A stretch of DNA of 64,000 nucleotides from Chlorokybus atmophyticus (lineage: Eukaryota; Plantae; Mesostigma and Chlorokybus algae): positions 92,730-156,729 of the forward strand of contig RHPI01000249.1 in assembly GCA_009103225.1 (NCBI GenBank). The letters are read 5' to 3'. Below, in pieces: positions 1 through 11,459 of the stretch (positions are counted from its first letter, which is position 1; each line of letters starts with the position of its first letter). The notes beneath the pieces are model-generated. The model ran no database searches and was not told the origin of the DNA. It saw nothing but the letters and a program-made list of their open reading frames with translations. Made by a program: the position numbers and the translations under genes.

Positions 1-2359
1 ACAACGACAACTACAACACCATCATCGTCTTCGTCGACATCAAGGTCAAGGCCTACATCAGCTGCGGCCTCCTCCAGACTCTCTGCTGCCCCACCACCAC
101 CATCATCAACACCAACAACACCATCGTCGTTTACACCGTCATCAACTGCCACTTCCACTACCACAACCACCTCATCAGCAACAACAACAACAACAACAAC
201 ATCATCCACAACAGAGGAGTTTGATGGTTTCCAGGCTCATTTTGGACGCGCCGGGTCCAAAAAGCCACCCAATGACTGGGCACAACAACCACAAGCAGAT
301 GCAGAACAACGCGTCTTACAACCCCAACAAGATGGTTTGAGCGAGGATGTGGAGTGCGCGATAGCGTTGCTGCGGTCAGCTGATGATGTAGGAGATGGTG
401 GTAGTGTTGGGACGATGGTGAAGCTGCTGAGCAATGTCGTGGACAATCCTGGCGTGGACAAGTACCGGAGACTGCGGCTGGGCAACCCCGCCATCGCGGC
501 GGCCGTAGTCAACACGCCTGGCGGACTCGACCTCATACAGGTATAGTGGCACATCGGACAGATGTGCGCATGTTGTGGCACGCGCGTGCACGCACAGATG
601 CACGCTTACATGCGTGTGCATGCACATGCACTTACCGACACACACGTGCACACACAAGCGCGCACGCGCATGGACACAGGCACACACGCGCATACATGCA
701 TGCACGCACGCGTGCGCACGCATACATGTGCACCCGCACTCGCGTAAAGCTTCAACGCAGATGATACGGGCAAATGACACGCGCGATGTGTGTTGTGCCG
801 AATGTCTGTGTTTCACGCAAGCAGTGTACACACACAGTTGGCAGATCAACCAACAGCACATCCACATGGCTAACTCTCTCTCACGCAGGCAGTCGGCTTC
901 GAGTTGTCATTTGAAGAGGAGGAGGGCTGGGCCACGATGACGGAGGAACCCAACGCAGAGCAGGTCGCGATCGTGCGGGCGGTCGTAAACGCGCTGCAGC
1001 CGGCCACAACATCGCCGTCGTCATCATCAGCAGAAAACGCAAACGCCAAGGTGAAAGCAGAGTGTTGTCGTGCGTGCGTGCGTGCGTGCCTCGTGCCTCG
1101 AGTCTCAACGAGTCCGTTCGCTGTTGTCGACCCGTGTGCATGTGAACAGGTTGGTGGCGATGCACGCGCAGTGCTGGGAGGGAGATCCGATGCGAACGGT
1201 CATGATGTTGGCGTTCCCCCGGCATCAAACCAACCCAAAGCACCCCCTGTGAAGTTGCAAGATCGGCAGGTTGACACGCACGCAAGCACACCTCTCGTGT
1301 GTCATGTGTACGGCAGTGTGCATGCGTGTCCGTGTGCACATCCGCACACGTGCACGAGCAAAAATGCGTGCCATTGCATGCACACGCGTGCCAAAACAGG
1401 CTGTTATCAAACAGCATCCCCACGCGCGTGCCGTTTGGCTGTAGGTTGCTGTGTTTTTGCCGTCGAGCTCAGAAGCTGCGTCGAGCATGCAGCTGCCGGA
1501 CTGGTTCTATGATCGGTCATCCACGGACGTAAGCACGCGCGCACACGCACACACGTACAGACATGCGCATGCAAGCTTGGCTGCCTCACCGCATATAGGC
1601 ATGGCCGATTGCACGTTGTGTGTACATGTGGAGCATCCTCACTCCCTCAGGTTGTCGCGGACATGAAAGCGGCCGAGCGCAAGCGCGACAACGACAAGGT
1701 GAGTGGTTGGTTTCCACATACACACGTTACCATCATCATGTTGTCTCCACCCACCAACTCGTGTGTCACGCGCAGGTGTTGACGACGCGCGCGTTCAAGG
1801 AGAAGCTGTCGCAAGCGCAGTCGCGCGCGTACAGGCTGGCCCTCGTGCGCGTGCGCTTCCCCGACGGGCTCGTGTTGCAGGGAGCTTTCCTACCAGCAGA
1901 ACCCATCACACACCTATTCGAGGTGAGACCCACCACACCCCACGTGTGGGGATGTGTAGTGTGTACGTGTGCACTCGACACACAACACGTGTCGTTCATG
2001 GGCGCATGGGCGCGTGCGTGCGAGCGCGCGTGTGCGGGGTTGACATTTGTCAATATGATGTTGTGTACTTGTGTACCCAACACGTGTGCTGATGTGTGTG
2101 TGTGTAGTGGGTTTCCGACATGTTGGCGGAGCCGTACCGGCAGTTCGATCTTGCGCTCGCACGTGTGCCATTGCCGCGCGACAAAGGCACGCTGCGGGAC
2201 AACAAACTGGTGCCCGCCGCCGTCGTCAACTTCAGGTTTACCGATGACATTTCTTCCAACCCAACATCAACGTCGTGTTGCCTTAGACCCGACATCGCTA
2301 TGTTGGCTTCGTCGCTCAGTGCTGATGTGAGGATTAACTACCCCACTGCCTTGCAATGA
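1..2359 (+). CDS. PUB + UBX domain protein (p97/CDC48 adaptor), multi-exon, 5' end probably outside the window
   Basis: Exon ~337-543 encodes a PUB-like segment (TMVKLLSNVVDNPGVDKYRRLRLGNPAI). Exon ~1776-1922 encodes UBX-like VRVRFPDGLVLQGAFLPAEPITHLFE. The last exon 2108-2359 encodes LRDNKLVPAAVVNF. GT-AG introns lie between them. Confidence 0.85.
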
Positions 2360-2516
2360 GGGGGGATTGTTGTGAGTAGTAGATGGTATTGTTGTTGCAA
2401 TTGTGACGCGTATGTGCGTTGGATTGCTGTTGCGTGAGCATGTGACGCATGAGTTTGTGGGCTATTGACATAAGGTTGGGATACACACATGCACACACAA
2501 CTGCAGTAAGCCCACA

Positions 2517-4501
2517 CTATTCTACTCTGTCGCCACTCGCTGCGTCGATGGGCTCAGCTGCCTGCACGCGTGCACACGTACAAACTTAGGGTGTGTGCCA
2601 ACATATACGCCGCATTTCCCCAACACACGTACAGCACACTACGCACGCACCAAGACTGCGGCATTGATGTTGTTGCCCGTCTCTGCGATTGAGCGGTGGG
2701 AAGCTGCAGCAGCGGGAGACAGCGTTGCTTCAGCAAGGTTGCTGGAAGTGGATATCGCTCCATTGGATATCACTCCTGTGGATATCCTAGTGTTGGTTCT
2801 CCGCACCTACAGCAAAAGATGGTTGCGTAATCGCAGCGAAGAGAGTATCCCTCACAGGCATGCATTCGCGCACGCGCACACGCATATGCACGCGTGCACG
2901 CGCGCACACACACGTTCCCTCACTTTGAGTTCTTCCAGGTCTGGCTTGTTGGGTATCAGGCTTTTGGTCCTGAACGCTCGTGCAGATGACCCCGACCCCG
3001 ACCCCGATCCCGGACCCGACCCCGGCCCGGCAGTGGGCCCTAAACCCTTCCCTGAACCCGTCCCATACCCGTTCCCGATTTCGTTCCCTTCCCTGCTCCT
3101 TGAGCTTGTTTTGGCAACGCTGATGCTGGGACTGAGCGTGTCCGCGCCCTCGCTCGCGGCGACGATATCGGCCTCATTAGCTTCAGCCTCGGCCTCAGCT
3201 TCGCTCTTGTCAGTGGCGATGTCGGGCTGCAGCTGGTCTGATAACGAGAGAGATGCGGATACAACTCCACCCGGTTGGTAGTTTAGCGGGGGAACATGCG
3301 AAGGACGCATACTGCTTTGCCTGTGCGTGGTGGAGGAGTGCGCGCTGCCACGCTGGACCTCGCGCACCTATAAGGTTGGGGGGTACATATGCGTGTGAGT
3401 ATGTGCGTGCATGTAGCGCATGTGTTGTTTTAACTGCGTGCATAGCCAGTGTGCGCTATATGTGTGTTTGATACCCAATCAGCATCTCTCTCTTACTTGT
3501 ATGGTGAGCATGCGTACTTCCTTGTCTCGTTCCGCGAGCGCCCGTCGTATGTCCTCAATCTCCTGTCGCAGTGTTGCGGCCTCCTTCTCGCGGTCGCGCA
3601 ATGCCACACGGTGCGCGCGCTCGGACGCCTCGCGCGCGTGAGACAGCACGTCGCAACGGTGACGAAGACTCTGCGTGTGTGTGTGTGTGTGTGTGTGTGA
3701 GTGCGTGTGTGTGCATGTGCGGGTGTGAGCGCGCGCGTGTACCATCACTAGTCCTCTGTCACTCAATATCTTGCGTCGTCACATAATATTGTTATTACAC
3801 ATATCCAACTTGCCTGCAGCTCTGCTGCCATGTTGGCTTGATTCTCCTTCCCATTGGCCTGATGCACTGGACATCATCACACTCGCCGCCATCACATAAC
3901 AGAGCGCAAATGCATGGTTCCACGCATTCGTGAGCGACACGACAGAAAACAAAAGTGCAATGTGTCTCAACCCTTTGCGGTGAGGTGGGCGTGGGGTCCC
4001 CGGCGTTGCTGCTGGCGTCGTTGTTGGGGTGGTTCGCATCCACATTCCCATCCGCGCCGCTGCCGTCGCGTATGGCCGCGCGCAGGACCTTCACTTTGGC
4101 CGCCAGCTTCTTGCATCTAGAAGACAAATCAAACAGATGTTGGGTGAGGGTGGAGCTCTTTGTCGCCCTCCGTGCAGGTGCATGAGTCTATCAACGTGTA
4201 TGCGCACTTGTACGCGTGCATGAGACCATGGGTGTGCGCGCGTGTACACATGTGTGTGCGTGTGCGTGTGCTTAGTTGCTTACTTCTCGTATAGTTGGGT
4301 GTACTCGTCGGACTTCTTTCGCAGATCCGCAGCGTCGGCCTTGCGCTGGCGCTGCTCCTTGCGCAGAAGCTCCCGTATCACCCGCAGCTGCGGCAACAAA
4401 AGGACACCTCTGCAAAAGTCGCGCAGCGAGCCTAAAGGAGCACACATACGGGTGCACGCGCGCACACAAGCACACGGGCTCCACACACACACACACACTC
4501 A

Positions 4502-4564
<63 letters not shown>

Positions 4565-5520
4565 CACATGCAATTGCCCCTCAAGGCATACGGCTGCAAG
4601 CACGGTAGCCATCAGCAGCAGTGTGTGCACCTCTTCTCCTGCGCGCTGCCGCTCGGAGGCCTCGTCCGCCACACCCGCGCTACCCAACGCCTTCATCTGG
4701 TCCCGCTGCACCCGCACCACACACACACACAAAAACACCATCAAGATCTTCACCAACCACACGCTCTGGTATGTGCGCACGCCCGCACGTGCACACACAT
4801 ACGTTGGTGCGTTTGAGTGTTTTGATCTCGTCCCTCAGCTGCGCCACCTCGCCATCGCGCTCGCCCAGAAGACGGTCGAGCATCGCCGCCCTGTCCGGCC
4901 TATATGCCAGACATGTATTGCAATGGCAGTTCTCACAACGGCATCCGCACTATCGATTGATGCAATGTTGGCTGCTGTTGAGGTTTGCTGACTCTCTCTT
5001 CCTGCCTTACCCCTGTGCTTCGTACTGCCTTTTGAGGTGCCTGTGCTCGCGCTTGTAGTAAAGAGCCTCCTTGTGCGCCTCGCTCAACTGCGTGCGCATG
5101 TTCCAGTCTCAGGCCAAACAGATCTGCAGAAGAGTTTGCATGCACGGAGAGGTGGTAGTTTACATATGACATGCGAGAGTGGGAGACAAATCCACCCATC
5201 CTCGCATTAAGCCACACCCACCTTGCGCTGGCTTTCCTGGAGCTGTTCCTGGAGGCGGTCGCACTGCCGCGAAGAAGACGCCCGCGAGTCCTCCAACCTC
5301 ACGCCCGACTCCCTCACCTTGTTAATGTAACGTTGTTGTTGTTGTTGTTGTTCATAAAGTGGTGACTCGTGCAATGTAATATGCGGTACCTGCACTTTGA
5401 GCGCCTCATTCTCCGCACGCAGTAGTTGCAACGCAGCATCTTCTGCACCGTCCCCGCCGCCACCGCTGTCCACACTGATGAAAGAGGCATAAGCTCATGA
5501 CACCGCCACACAAATAGCAC

Positions 5521-5571
<51 letters not shown>

Positions 5572-6065
5572 CTAGTGCACCTGTCTGTTGTCGGTGCACC
5601 CATGCTGGGAAGCTGCTGTTGCTGCTGCCCTGCCTTGCTGAGACCTCTCTTGCTAGAATGGATGCTATTGCTAGTCTTATTCGCACTGTTGAGATTTCTG
5701 AGTCGACTCTTATTTGCATTTGAGTTCTTGCTCCCCTCCTTTACAGCTCTCACTCCCTCGTCTGTATCAGACCTGGAGGCAGGCAAGCCACAGGTGGTTT
5801 CAAGGCCTTGTGTGCATGTGTGTCGAGTTGTAGCAAGAAATGGTTGTTGTTTCTCAACTCTGCTGCAGCTCCTAGATTGGGTTCATGTTTATCCAAGTCG
5901 AGTACTGGTGTGTTGACGTTAACACGAATCCCAACAGCGCATTCGCCAGGCTCACTTTGGTTGATGTAGTGGGTTTTGGGGGCTGCGCAGCTCCGCCTCA
6001 CTGACCTCCTCAAAGCTGTCCTCGTACGCCTCCCCCCTCTCCTCCACCCCGTCCTCCTTGACCAT
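2517..6065 (-). CDS. Multi-exon coiled-coil protein of unknown function
   Basis: Spliceable exons with heptad-like charged segments (LRQEIEDIRRALAERDKEVRMLTIQ; LDRLLGERDGEVAQLRDEIKTLK; LRKEQRQRKADAADLRKKSDEY). Candidate ATG at 6065 (MVKEDGVEERGE) and candidate stop at 2517 after ...SGDRVE. Confidence 0.65.
4482..4561. repeat. Intronic (CA)n microsatellite
   Basis: Near-perfect CA dinucleotide run of about 80 bp. Confidence 0.95.
5521..5571. repeat. Intronic (CAA)n microsatellite
   Basis: Perfect CAA trinucleotide run of about 50 bp. Confidence 0.95.
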
Positions 6066-6171
6066 GGAAGGGGCAGCGGCGGCGGCGGCGGCGGCCGCAA
6101 CCCCAATGGATCTCTATTGCAACGTCTAAAAATACAAATACAAACGGCGCCGGAGGGAGACAGATGCCGTG

Positions 6172-6286
6172 GGGGGGGGGGGGGGGGGGGGGGGGGGGNN
6201 NNNNNNNNNNNNNNNNNNNNNNNNNNNNNNNNNNNNNNNNNNNNNNNNNNNNNNNNNNGGGGGGGGGGGGGGGGGGGGGGGGGGGG
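6172..6286. other. Poly-G tract containing an assembly gap (N 6199-6258)
   Basis: G runs flank the Ns on both sides. Confidence 0.95.
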
Positions 6287-8107
6287 CGAAGGGTCACGTG
6301 AGGTGCAGGATCTACACCGTGGGGCACTTTCATGTGCTATCTGTCCGTGACCCAAAAGTGTGACGCTGGGGTGCATAATCTGGCGTGACGTACCGAGACT
6401 CATTTCGCTCTTTCTTCGGTTGGTGCCGCACCAACCGAAGAAGGACTCGACGCGATCTATTGCTTGTTTACGATCATTATAAGTTTGAGTGAACTTGTGT
6501 GCTGGTATAACTGTGATTATTATAAGGTTAGCAATGCATTGACATTTCACAAATTATGATCATATATTCACACCGTCATGTATAGGCTTTGCAATAAGAC
6601 ACATGCAGAGCATGCAAGTTGGTGGTTGATCAATGTGATGTTGGCGTGTTGTTTGCTGTGTTATTGGCCCCTTTGCTATATCGTATGCAAGTAGGCACGT
6701 AAGTACTCAGCAAATAACAGGGCAGTTCCACCATGGCTGAGGCAGGGGCTTGGCTTAACCAAGTGCACTATCTATGTGCATGCAATGAGGCGGAGGGGCA
6801 GGCATCAGGGCACATTAAACAGCACGGACAACTGGCTGTCCTAAAGCGCAGGGGCGGAGAGTCAGCTCAATGGCAGGCTTGAGTGAAGTGGGCAGCACAG
6901 CAACACTACCACTACTAGTAAGCGGTTGTGCGTTGCAGTGCAATGCTGTGTATATCACGCACATCATCAATTGCACTATGTTCGAATTTATAAACCATGC
7001 AAGACCCCTTTTTCCTACGTTTATGTTACATAAGCATCAATCCCTCCCAAGATGGTTTCAGGCACTCTTGGGGCCTCCTTCCACGAGCTCATTACAGACT
7101 GTGTGCGTATGTGGTATCACACCAAGGAGCTATCTATGGCTTGTTTGTATCTATTTGTGGCCATGTACATGCGCATATCGCTGGTGCACTACAGCGAGCT
7201 TAACGCATCGCCCTTTCTAAGAGAGCGACGGATGTGTGCGCCGCTACGGGCTGGCCACCACTACGACCTCCCCTCGTGACGACACTATCAGACATAGTGG
7301 TGCTTCTGGCGTGAAGCGCAGCTGATGCATGATAGCGCTCGCAATCAGTTGAGTAGTTATCATGCTCGTTGGTATTTTTATTGTGTTGAGCTTGATTGCG
7401 CTACGCTATGGCCTTACCAAGACCTTGTGCACGTGCATCATAATAGAGGGACAGGGGTACTAGCTGCCGCCGCCGCTTCCGCTGTGGCTGCGGCCTTGAT
7501 GTGGCCTAAACCAAGACCCGTGGTAGTAAGTGAGTGCGTGTGGATGCGGCGAAGGGCTATGCGAAGTCCTTTTCTTCTTGTTGATTCTTTTATCTATGTA
7601 TTACCATGCACGCGAGTACACGCCCACATAGTCTCTATTTGCTTCTTGTGTTACTTGCCACAATTGATTGGCTGCTATGCTTGAGCTTGCGTCACGCCGC
7701 TCTTATGCATGTTATGCATTGTAATGTGGGTTTACAAAAGCCATGTACTCATTGATCAATGCATGGTCACGAAGAAGGTGGTGGCCATCAGGTTGTGGCG
7801 TGCCTATCTGCCTGCTTTGAGCAGCAGCCATTGCATTATAACAGTACATTGCTCATGCCCCGAATCCTGATTGATGACTGGATGTGTTGCTGGAGCCCAG
7901 TGCTTTGCATAAGCGGAGAAGGTGATCATTATCCTGTTGTGTCCCCTAAGTGACACATGCATGCACCTGACTGATACCCGGTTGTCATCAAGCATCATCC
8001 TTGCAGATAATTCTTCTCCAAGTGCCTTCCATCAGTCATACATTCCAGTCCAAATGAAAGCCGCCCTCTGCTGACCGCACACAACAAGCGACAAATGACA
8101 ACCGTAC

Positions 8108-11100
8108 CTAGGCATCCGAGTACACGCCTGTGCCTTCAGCAGCAAGTGGACTTTCATCGCCTTCTTCATCAGGGGCGGGTGTGGGTGTCTCTTCAGGTGC
8201 AGTAGGAGGAGGAGGCATGAGCTTGCCGCGGCCAGCTCCAAAGCCCTTCGTGCCGTCGGGACCCTTTGTTATTCGCGTGCTGGAGCCCTCGAACTTCATC
8301 TTCTCCCTCGGTGGCGGCTCGGGTGAAGGCGGGGCCTCTTTAGTGCGGCGGACTTTCCTCGCGAGCTTATCTGTGCTCTTGTTGGTCTGCACGGGGATGA
8401 ACTCCACCTCGTCGCCCTCGCGAAGGTGCACGCCATCCGTCACATCGCTGAACCGGCATAGGACCTGAGCCTTCGTGCCGTCCTCCAGCTCATACGCTAT
8501 TGTGCTGGTAGAGGCCTTCACCCCAACCACCGCGCCAGTGTACCGCAGCAGGTTCACGTTCGTGGCCATCCGTTGCTGGTTCCCGTCCACCGCCAGGTTG
8601 AACTCCACCTGCTCTCCCACCCTTGGGTTCAACCAACCATCCTCAAGGTCCGCGTTGCCGTACATGAGAGTTTCCTCTTGGCCATCTAGTGTGCATTGCA
8701 ACCGACCTGCCCAAGTAAAGACAGAACAAGAACATGTGTGTGTGCATGCGTACGATGTGGTCGCTCTTGTGAAACACCATTGCACACAAGATAAAACAAC
8801 ACAGCATCAGTAAACGGCAAGGGCCTTGCACGTGTGGCAGGTACCTGCGGTGCCTTGGGTGCTGCTCAAGCGATCCATGCACACGCCTTGATATCGTTCT
8901 TCTGAGACAGACACGTAGTCCGGCGGCCCGGCTGCCTTGCTGACTCGTATGGCCTTCAGGTTGCCTGTTTGCGTGTCCTTCACGACCGTGAAGTCCAGCC
9001 GGTCCCCAACCTCCAGTTCTGCGGATGCTCCGTCCTCCACTTCAGAGAAATGGAAGAAAACGTCGGTGCCGCGCAGTGCAGATCGGACAAACCCAAAGCT
9101 AGCTTTGAGAGACGTGATCGAGCCGGTCTCGATGGTGGCCTCCGAGTCTTCCACCTCCTTTGCAGGAACCATGATGGTTCCCTTTGGCAGCCGCCGGACC
9201 GGCACGGCAAGAGTCTTGCCTGACCGTGCATCTGGTCGTACACTGCACACCAATATGTCAGATCTCAGCAGAGACCCGCTTGTGTTTGCGTGACATGTGC
9301 ACATCAGCGTGTGCATGCTTACATGTGCACATGTGTGTTTGGAAGAAACATGTACATATGTCTCATGCTGTACCTGAACTCAACCTCGTCGCCAAGCTGC
9401 AGCTCATCGCCTCGCACGCCTTCGAGCGCGCTGAAGTGGAAGAACACCCGCGCCTGTCTGTCGGCAGACTGGATGAAACCGTACGTCTCCTTGAGAGACG
9501 TTACAAAGCCCTTCTCTGCAAGCGGCTCTTGTGTGGACGCTCCTCCTCCTTCCTGCACCTGCGTGTCTGCTTGTGCCGGAGCCGCTCGCGCGATCAGTGC
9601 CACATCTGTTGCATACGAGTCGCCTGTTCTCCTATCTGCGACCAACATGAACTCCACTTCATCGCCCACACCCAACCGCACATTCTGGTCCCGCACGTCC
9701 CCGCCATCAAATGTCACAGAGGCGGTAGCTGAGTCCGCGCTCGCATTGAAGTCGTCATTGGCAAGCCCTGGTGGAGCCAAAGTGTGATATGCAATGCGGC
9801 CACCATAAGCGTCCCGCCGTGATCGTTGGCCCCCGCGCAGCTCCCTTTCAATAAACCCGTGCAGGTGCTCGCCTTTTGGCTCCTCAACCTCAATTGTCCC
9901 TTTAGGCAGCACCTTGATGTGCTTTGCATTAGGCCGGCCGTTCTTGTTAAGAGGTTCGGTGACTTTGAACTCCACTTCATCGCCGGCTTGGATGACTTCG
10001 CTCAAGTCGGCCCTCCTCGCACCATGCTCGGCCTCCGGCATGTCAAGCACCTCGCTGACATGAAAGAACAGCTCCTCATTGCGGCTGACGCCCCGGATGA
10101 AGCCATACGAGTCCCGCACGGTCACGACAACCCCGTGCTCGGAGGGTATGCTCTCAAGCTCTTCTGCGGTCAGCGGCTGAGGCCGGTCGTAACCACCCTT
10201 CTCCCGTGTGACATAGCGTCCAGAGCCTCTGCCTCGTCCTCCCCTCCCCCACTGTCCGTCATCCATGCTGTTGCTGCTGTTGTTGTACTGTGAGTATTGT
10301 TGTTGTTGTTGCTGTTGAGGTCCTGACCCAGAGGGTTCGTCGCCAGTGTAGCGACTGTACCCTCTGCCCCGGCTTCGGCCATCTCCAGTAGGATAGTTGT
10401 AGCGTCCACGGCCTCGGCCTCGAACGGGAGATCTACCAGCAGATCAAGATCACTGGGTTACACTGGCAGTATCATACAATCAGACAACATGTGATGCATA
10501 CACTGTAAAACATGTTGTCAAAGCTCTCAGGTAATGCAGGTTGCACAACTCCACTGCTGAGCTTCGAAACCCTAACTTTTCAATTCAAACGTGGCCAAGA
10601 ACATGCAAGACCATATTGGGAGTAACCACAAGTAAACCACTTGCTTGCAATGCCGTGGAGCATGCTGCAAGCTGGTAGTAGCAAGCGACAAGCAGCTACA
10701 TGTGATGGAAAATTGGAGCAACGCTGAACATCTGTCGTCTGAAACGCTGTGATATGTGCTCTCCTTTGCGTGACTGCGTGTATGCTCAACTGGAAGGAAG
10801 CCCACGAGCGAACACACGTAACAACTCACCCGCCGTCGGTAGCATCATCGGATCTCCATCCGCCGGCGAGCTGCTGCTGCTGTTCCTGAGACAGACACGA
10901 ACAACCTGAGTAATTAGCAAGACTTGGAGCTAGGCAAAGCAGAAAACATGACCACAGCCTCAGCACAGTGGCCTCCGCCTATCCCTAGCAGGAAAGGCAA
11001 CCACCAGCCTAACCCTAAGCCACAGCTGTGACGTGATAGCAAAGCTTGATGTGTAGCAGGCACACGAGGTGAGGACAGCATACTTAAGAGCAAGTAGAAT

Positions 11101-11135
11101 ACAAGAACCATGTAAAAACTGCGTACCGATTGCAT
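8108..11135 (-). CDS. UNR/CSDE1-like RNA-binding protein with RGG-rich N-terminus and about 6 cold-shock (canonical and non-canonical) domains
   Basis: Repeated RNP1/RNP2 motifs: SYGFIRGVSRNEELFFHVSEV, TYGFIQSADRQARVFFHFSAL, SFGFVRSALRGTDVFFHFSEV. GDEVEF recurs and the UNR-type linker PKGTI occurs twice. Start reconstructed by splicing MQS|EQQQQ...DGG|SPVRGRGRGR. Confidence 0.85.
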
Positions 11136-11459
11136 GCTGCCGTCTCAGCCGCCGCCGCAGCCGCCTCCGCCGACTTCGCCTCCGCCACCGCCACCGAGTG
11201 TCAGCCTGCGGCGGAACGTCCGTGATCACCGGAAGTTCAGAGAGGAAGTTACGGTCTGGATGGTTGACTTGATTGGAAGTCGTGACTGTCGCTTTCCACT
11301 CAGTTGTCAACCTTGTCAGGTAGCCTGTTGTTAACCTAGTCTTAGCCTGCGCGGGGAGGGACATGAAATCAAGTCCTAAGAACTCCTGGACAGGCTTGTT
11401 CATCCGAGAGTTATAAGTTCACCCGATTGAGTACCGGTAACTGGCCCTTTTCACGAAGA

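Noticed and set aside
376-940. Many His/Thr/Ala- or Cys/Val-rich ORFs here and at 4242-4991, 18187-18999 and 57809-58356
   Set aside because: They are translations of CA/TG-rich introns and microsatellites, not proteins.
6730-7700. Exon-like GC-rich patches between the coiled-coil and CSD genes
   Set aside because: I could not assemble a consistent spliced frame or recognise a domain.
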